Assembly (NCBI GenBank): GCA_964613075.1
Contig: CAZTFV010000004.1
Location: 1-32,769 of the forward strand
Source of the DNA: an uncultured Gammaproteobacteria bacterium
Lineage (GTDB): Bacteria; Patescibacteriota; Microgenomatia; Levybacterales; UBA12049
Length of the DNA stretch: 32,769 nt
Reading direction: 5' to 3'
Position numbers and translations under genes: made by a program. The notes beneath the pieces were generated by a model. That model did no database searches and was not told where the DNA came from. It saw only the letters and a program-made list of their open reading frames with translations. Shown here one piece after another: positions 25,140 through 32,769 of this stretch (the first letter of the stretch is position 1; each line of letters opens with the position of its first letter).

Positions 25140-27482
25140 CTAAAGCATTGCGTGTCTTCTGAGTATCCGCAGGTGCCACAGCCAGAGAAAAAGGTTAAGA
25201 AAAGATACGAGCAGGAAGGGAAGGGTTTTTTCAGGGCCAAAGGTTACGAGGAAAAACCCTTCAAACAGGAGCGTAGTGACAAGGAGCAGTTCGAAAGATG
25301 AAGAAAGCGTGCGCAGAAAAAGCCGCCAGGCAATAGTTGTGATGTGGGGCAATCCATCGTCTCGGGTCAGCGCCAGGCGGAGTACTTTATTATCGGCTTC
25401 TTCGCGCGTATGCGTGGCAAGGGTAAAGGGAAGATACCCATCTTTCATGACAGAGACAGAGTGGGCGATTGGTTTTAGCCTTAAGACGCGAAAGCCTCCT
25501 TGCCTGTCCGTTGTGACATGAGAAAGGATTTTATGCGTATCTTGCTTGAGAATATACACACTGGCACCAACGAGCGGAGTATCTGTTTCTGCATCACTCA
25601 CTTGCCCTTTGAGAACATGGATATTTTTACTGCTTTCTGAGGCAAGTCCGTGTTGATGGCGAAGATAGAATACGAGCTTGCGCAGAGGGATTTTTATTCG
25701 CGATAAGAAAGCAAGAAAAGTAAAAATAACCAGAATAACTAAGGAGAGGGTTCTTAGGAAATTAAAGTTTCGTATCGATTCAGTCATGGGTAAAAAGAAG
25801 ACTAAGGAGCTATTAAACGTATCAAGCGCAATATTGCGGTAATATCGATAGATATTCGTGAGACTAAACCCTGCCGGCTTAAGATACACTGTTGGGAAGC
25901 CATCACTCTTGTCTGGCCCAATAACAAAGTCAACTTTTTCGCCGACATAGCCGAGGTTACCGGCTTGCGCTCTGTATTTTCCCGGGGGAAGGACGATACT
26001 CAACTCGCCGTTTTGGTCTGTAAAGCTGGGGTTGTCTATTGGAATGATATCCTTTTTGAGAGGAATGTATGATTTGTGCATATCATCATAGATCCAGAAA
26101 AGAACTCGGGCAGCATCAATAGGTTTTTTAGTCCGGGCAGCAAAGACGCGAAACGGCGGCATAACGTGAAGATCGGTTACTTTTTGTTCGGTCAGATTTC
26201 CTACCTCATCTTTGATTCTGAGCCATATCTCGTACTCACCCGGCGCGCTTGGCGTTTTCATCCTCCCCTGATACACTCCTGGCGCCAACTCTTTTATCTC
26301 AACATTTAAGGACTCGGCATACGCCTCTGTAATAAAACTAAAGGCTCCGAGGACTGATTTGTTGCGTATCACCGCCTGAATACCCGTGATTTTTTTATCT
26401 TTCTTTAGAGTAAATTCAAATGCAAAATCCGACCGTACCGGAATATTTACAGATGCTGCTTTACTGGCTTGTTCTGTTGTGTTGTTTCTAAGCGTTGGAT
26501 TATAGAGCACCATATTCTGACTCGTAATGACCAGGGTATTTTGCTGTACTCTGGGTGGTTCTGAGGCTTCTGCAGTTGTAAACGTAAACACATCAGATAC
26601 GATTTTTCCCGTCCTTCCTGCTGCCGATACCTGGAAGTAGTAGGTTGTTTTCGGCGTGAGACTGGAGAAAGAAATAACATGACTGGTAGCAAGCGAGGAT
26701 GAGGTGATTGTTTGGGTACGATTATTCGCTGCGTTTCCATAGGAAACGCGAAGAGTTGCATTTCTACTCAGACTGATGTCTGCGGATGCGTTGCTGGCTG
26801 AAATAGTCCGCATACTAATGCTGTTGAAGGAGAGCGGGGTAAGAGTCGGTGTGGGACTTGGAGTCGGTGTGGAAGTGGCACCCGGTTTGGGGGTACTTGT
26901 TGGTCCTGTCGTTGGTGTTGCTGTCGGTGAGGCGCCGGCGTTATATTGATACTTTTTACTCACAGTACTGTATGAAGTAGCTGTGCCAGGGCCAAGGACA
27001 CGACCATTGACAGCAAAATCAAGCAAACTTGATCCAGTATAGGAGCTGTTTGTTTTGAGGCTGAAGGTGACTGACTGTCCAGTGGTATTGCCCGGAAAAT
27101 TACTTATTGTCCAGGTAATTTTCCGATTCGTCAGATCAACAACGGGTGCTGTACTGTTATATGCATTACCAGCGCTACCGACCACATAGTCAAGGATTTC
27201 AACCGTGCCGAGTGTCCAGCTTGCCTCAACGGTAATTTCGGTTGCATACGCGAGATTTGAATCATAGGTTAGTTCATACTGAATGGTAGAGTTCTGAGGG
27301 AAGGTTGTGCCGCTGGTGAGAGGTGCCAAACCGGCTGAGAAATCAGTCGAATTAGCAGGAACGGTTGCGGTTACGGATAAGTCGCCGCGGTCTTCAATCG
27401 GTGCTCGAGCCAAAACAGGAAACGGAAGAATAAAGAGGGTGCTCAATACAGCAGCAAACACAAGACGGGCAGCAGTAGGCAT
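25140..27482 (-). CDS. Multi-domain membrane/surface protein (Pro/Thr linker, Fn3-like, carboxypeptidase-regulatory-like domains)
   Basis: PTATPTTGPT linker, SLTPKTTYYFQV, TDQNG..PPGKY and GQVSDAETDTPLVGASV motifs, internal and C-terminal TMs. ATG 27482 preferred as start. Confidence 0.8.
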   Translation of the reverse strand: MPTAARLVFAAVLSTLFILPFPVLARAPIEDRGDLSVTATVPANSTDFSAGLAPLTSGTTFPQNSTIQYELTYDSNLAYATEITVEASWTLGTVEILDYVVGSAGNAYNSTAPVVDLTNRKITWTISNFPGNTTGQSVTFSLKTNSSYTGSSLLDFAVNGRVLGPGTATSYSTVSKKYQYNAGASPTATPTTGPTSTPKPGATSTPTPSPTPTLTPLSFNSISMRTISASNASADISLSRNATLRVSYGNAANNRTQTITSSSLATSHVISFSSLTPKTTYYFQVSAAGRTGKIVSDVFTFTTAEASEPPRVQQNTLVITSQNMVLYNPTLRNNTTEQASKAASVNIPVRSDFAFEFTLKKDKKITGIQAVIRNKSVLGAFSFITEAYAESLNVEIKELAPGVYQGRMKTPSAPGEYEIWLRIKDEVGNLTEQKVTDLHVMPPFRVFAARTKKPIDAARVLFWIYDDMHKSYIPLKKDIIPIDNPSFTDQNGELSIVLPPGKYRAQAGNLGYVGEKVDFVIGPDKSDGFPTVYLKPAGFSLTNIYRYYRNIALDTFNSSLVFFLPMTESIRNFNFLRTLSLVILVIFTFLAFLSRIKIPLRKLVFYLRHQHGLASESSKNIHVLKGQVSDAETDTPLVGASVYILKQDTHKILSHVTTDRQGGFRVLRLKPIAHSVSVMKDGYLPFTLATHTREEADNKVLRLALTRDDGLPHITTIAWRLFLRTLSSSFELLLVTTLLFEGFFLVTFGPEKTLPFLLVSFLNLFLWLWHLRILRRHAML

Positions 27483-27533
27483 AGAATAATCGTAGCACAA
27501 AGCTGACAAACCAACAAAAGACAAAGTAATATG

Positions 27534-27629
27534 TCAGGATTTGACAAAGAAGTTATTGTTCGAGCGTAGTCGAGAACATAACTTCTCGACTCGCTACGCT
27601 CGCTCGAAGAATATTTTGTCAAATCCTGA
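27534..27629. repeat. 96-bp element with perfect 15-bp terminal inverted repeats enclosing a second palindrome
   Basis: Outer tcaggatttgacaaa / tttgtcaaatcctga. Inner tattgttcgagcg/cgctcgaagaata and agtcgagaa/ttctcgact. Confidence 0.88.
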
Positions 27630-27687
27630 GCGATTACAAGACAAAGAGTTGCATAGAAAGAAAGTTTCTTCTATGATGAGATTATCT

Positions 27688-28497
27688 ATGGCAACAAAGA
27701 GGAAGGTATCTACTCTCAAAAAAACAGAACAACCGGAGCAGCCGATTGTTGTTGCAGAAGAGGTTACGGTCAAAGATATGACGTCTGGTAAAAAGTCTTT
27801 CAAATTCACTCAATTGACATTTATCCTCCCGGTAATCGTTTTATTGCTAGTAATTATAGGTGGGGGAGGCTATTATATCTATACAGCAAAACAAAATACT
27901 AAAGCGCCGGTAAGCGAATCTGAGACGCTGGTTGAGAGGGTTGGCAAGCTTATAGAGTTATCGCAAGGAGAGGAGCCGACCCTCGCGACTGTTTCCGATG
28001 TGACAAAATTGAAAGACCAGCAGTTTTTTTCCCAGGCACAAAACGGTGACAAGGTACTCGTCTACCAGCAAGCGAAAAAAGCCATCCTGTACCGCCCAAG
28101 TAGTAATAAAATTGTCAATGTGGGGCCGATTGCTATCAACAACACCCAGCTTTCGCCAGTTGTTGCCGGAGCGCAAGTAACACCTACTGCATCAGCAAGC
28201 CCAAGCATTGCACAGCCCCTCAAAATAGCACTCTTCAACGGCACCAAGACCAATGGCTTAACCAGACAGGCAGAAAAACAACTGACTGATAAAGGTGTAT
28301 TGATAGAGGTTGTTTCAAGGAAAAATGCCAAGGAAGACCATGTCAAGAGTCTGATCGTTGTCCTCAGCGGAACAGCTGAGCAGGGGAAAGCAATAGCAGA
28401 GGTAATAGGTGGTGAGATAGGTGAGCTTCCCGCAGGTGAAGAAAAGCCCCAGGCAGACATCCTCGTCATTTTGGGCCAGGATTACGCGAATAAGTAA
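27688..28497 (+). CDS. Membrane protein with LytR C-terminal domain
   Basis: TM helix, EEPTLATV..FF.QAQNGDKVL..KKAILYRP, then IALFNGTKTNGLT...ADILVILGQD. The TTG 27541 extension runs through a repeat, so ATG 27688 is preferred. Confidence 0.85.
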   Translation: MATKRKVSTLKKTEQPEQPIVVAEEVTVKDMTSGKKSFKFTQLTFILPVIVLLLVIIGGGGYYIYTAKQNTKAPVSESETLVERVGKLIELSQGEEPTLATVSDVTKLKDQQFFSQAQNGDKVLVYQQAKKAILYRPSSNKIVNVGPIAINNTQLSPVVAGAQVTPTASASPSIAQPLKIALFNGTKTNGLTRQAEKQLTDKGVLIEVVSRKNAKEDHVKSLIVVLSGTAEQGKAIAEVIGGEIGELPAGEEKPQADILVILGQDYANK

Positions 28498-28530
28498 CTT
28501 AGGTTACCTAGGTTACTTATGTTACTTATG
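28491..28530. repeat. TAAGTTACC-family array spanning stop codon to start codon
   Basis: taagtaact taggttacc taggttact tatgttact tatg. Confidence 0.9.
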
Positions 28531-29478
28531 GCTGATTTCCAATTCTTACGAAATCCGATTTCCCAAAACTGGGTGATATTGGCTCCTCGCCGGGCCAAAC
28601 GGCCTGATGTTGCTACGGGTGTAGAACCCGTGTGTCCGTTTTGTACAGGTCGTGAGGCAGACGAGCAGGAGGTTTACAGGGTTCCGCCCTCCGAAACCGG
28701 AAAGGAACCTGGCTGGCAAATACGAGTGCTCAACAATAAATTCCCCTTTGCTCCGATTCACGAGGTCATCATCCATTCGCCGGACCATCACGCCAATTTC
28801 GGCGAGCTACCGGTAAGCCAAGTAGAGCTTATTTTCCAAACATATCGAAATAGATACAAAGCACATCAAAGCAAGGGTGAGGTATATATTTTTCACAACC
28901 GCGGAGAAGCAGCAGGCGAGAGTTTGCCACATCCGCACACCCAGCTTGCAGTTATCCCTTTTGACATAAAAACCGACATACCACGTCTTGACCCTTTTGC
29001 AACACCAGGCTTCGCGCCAAAGCCCCAGACGCCGGACAATTTACAGCCGGGGACACAGCAAGCGCCCATGGTTGAGACAGATCACCTCTATCTTTTCTGC
29101 CCCAAGACCTCGCAATGGCCTGATGAGGTCTGGGTCGCGCCGAAAAACCGCGGCCGTTCCTTTGGCGAGATTACAGACGAAGAGATAAGCGATATGGCCG
29201 CAACGCTGACGCAGTTGGTGAAAATATTTGATCTTCGCCACGGACATGAATTTCCCTATAACTTTTACATCTACCCGGGCGGGGACTGGTATTTGCGCAT
29301 ATTCCCACGCCTCAAGCGCTTAGGCGGCTTTGAAACAGGCACCGGTGTCTATGTAAATACCCAAGATCCCGATGAGACGCTATTTTTCATAAAAGAACAC
29401 TTTAATCTGCCAGCCGGCGGACTGGATGCTCAGAAGATTATGACCGAGCATAAAGCAGAGTATCACAGGAGCGTATAA
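28528..29478 (+). CDS. galT: Galactose-1-phosphate uridylyltransferase-like (HIT superfamily)
   Basis: APRRAKRP, CPFC, NKFP, HEVII and GESLPHPHTQ (HxHxQ) motifs. Confidence 0.85.
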   Translation: MADFQFLRNPISQNWVILAPRRAKRPDVATGVEPVCPFCTGREADEQEVYRVPPSETGKEPGWQIRVLNNKFPFAPIHEVIIHSPDHHANFGELPVSQVELIFQTYRNRYKAHQSKGEVYIFHNRGEAAGESLPHPHTQLAVIPFDIKTDIPRLDPFATPGFAPKPQTPDNLQPGTQQAPMVETDHLYLFCPKTSQWPDEVWVAPKNRGRSFGEITDEEISDMAATLTQLVKIFDLRHGHEFPYNFYIYPGGDWYLRIFPRLKRLGGFETGTGVYVNTQDPDETLFFIKEHFNLPAGGLDAQKIMTEHKAEYHRSV

Positions 29479-29485
29479 TTAGCAG

Positions 29486-29698
29486 CTACATTTCACTCTT
29501 TTGTTGTATGCCAAGTAGCCATAAGACTGCCTCTTTCTTATAGCGGCGGTCTCCACGTGAGTTAATGCGGATTGCGGGCAGTTTACCCCTTTTGCCCCAC
29601 CGCTTGATCGTCAGGGGAGAAACGCGAAGGACCTGGGCTACTTCTCGGACAGTTAATAGATCAGGTAGATTGTGGATTGATATATTTTGATCAGCCAT
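29486..29698 (-). CDS. Small MerR/excisionase-type HTH protein, BldC-like
   Basis: LLTVREVAQVLRVSPLTIKRWGKRGKLPAIRINSRGDRRY. Confidence 0.88.
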   Translation of the reverse strand: MADQNISIHNLPDLLTVREVAQVLRVSPLTIKRWGKRGKLPAIRINSRGDRRYKKEAVLWLLGIQQKSEM

Positions 29699-29814
29699 AG
29701 GCTCAGGAATAGGTGTTTAGTAGTCTTACTAGTCTTATTGATAATCAATGTAACTAGTAACTACTAACAAAGTAACAAAAGATAACACTTATTGTCAAGT
29801 AAGAAAATCAGATG

Positions 29815-29868
29815 ATTAGGGGAATAAGGGAGATCAGGGAAATTGGGGAGATATGGGAGATAAGGGAT
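29815..29868. repeat. 9-mer array (ATAAGGGAG family) directly after the atpC stop
   Basis: attagggga ataagggag atcagggaa attggggag atatgggag ataagggat. Confidence 0.9.
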
Positions 29869-30176
29869 TAGGCGGATTTTGTCGGCACTGGTTTTGGAGT
29901 GGGTTTGTTGGCCACTATGCCCAGGAATATCTTCACGTCATTGTTGATCGCCTTGAGAATCGCGTCATTGATGGTGAGCTTCTGTGTCTTGCCATCGGGC
30001 AGACGGATGGCAATAAAATCCTTGATAATTGAAATAAAATTTATGTGTTCAGGCAGGATATCAAAGGGTCCTGATTCATTCACCGATGAAACTGCGAGTA
30101 CAGGGCCTTGGAAAAGCAATTTCTCCCGACTGCGAATGAGAAGATGGAGGGAAGATTTGGATGGAAGTGTAGCCAT
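29868..30176 (-). CDS. atpC: F1 ATP synthase epsilon subunit (beta-sandwich only)
   Basis: GPFDILPEHINFIS motif, located directly downstream of atpD. Confidence 0.8.
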   Translation of the reverse strand: MATLPSKSSLHLLIRSREKLLFQGPVLAVSSVNESGPFDILPEHINFISIIKDFIAIRLPDGKTQKLTINDAILKAINNDVKIFLGIVANKPTPKPVPTKSA

Positions 30177-30183
30177 AGTAAAA

Positions 30184-32690
<2,507 letters not shown>

Positions 32691-32699
32691 AAACTGATA

Positions 32700-32769
32700 T
32701 TAAATATTAAAGAGTAAATAGTAAAAATACATATGAAATATAAATAGTATTATTCGAGCTTGTCGAGAA
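32700..32769. repeat. AT-rich heptamer arm followed by the start of a TTCGAG..TCGAGAA palindrome (runs off window)
   Basis: 42/45 match to the reverse complement of 16162-16206, then tattcgagcttgtcgagaa resembling 27554-27576. Confidence 0.75.

Noticed and set aside
26845-26930. Pro/Thr repeat as a member of the periodic DNA families
   Set aside because: Codons vary freely, so this is an ordinary protein-level linker.
29406-29421. tctgcc-agcc-ggcgga mini-hairpin in frame in galT
   Set aside because: It could be a decayed palindromic insert, but it is a single imperfect copy that cannot be supported from this window.

Overview
Chromosomal window from a Patescibacteria (CPR) genome. The gene set and repeat style suggest Microgenomates, which is an inference. 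Housekeeping and envelope content: tRNA-Pro(CGG), tRNA-Arg(CCT), a sortase, a PEGA protein, mreB, a WecG/TagA glycosyltransferase, three GT4 enzymes, glgA, a galT-like gene, a LytR_C protein, a class A beta-lactamase-like hydrolase and atpG-atpD-atpC. Accessory content: three toxin-antitoxin-like pairs, a four-gene WxL/DUF916-like surface cluster, a 1753-aa surface protein and two four-helix-bundle (TIGR02436, IVS/Avd-like fold) genes. The most unusual signal is an organised repeat layer. Degenerate 7-nt and 9-nt periodic arrays fill intergenic gaps, sit in frame inside proteins and supply start codons or signal peptides. They form inverted arms around one four-helix-bundle gene and also occur as gene-less two-armed copies. 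Short palindromic cassettes are inserted precisely into these elements and into each other. A 97-bp inverted repeat pair (1 mismatch) brackets the glycosyltransferase/glgA block, and two small genes carry clean internal deletions. All family calls come from motif recognition by eye; no searches were run.
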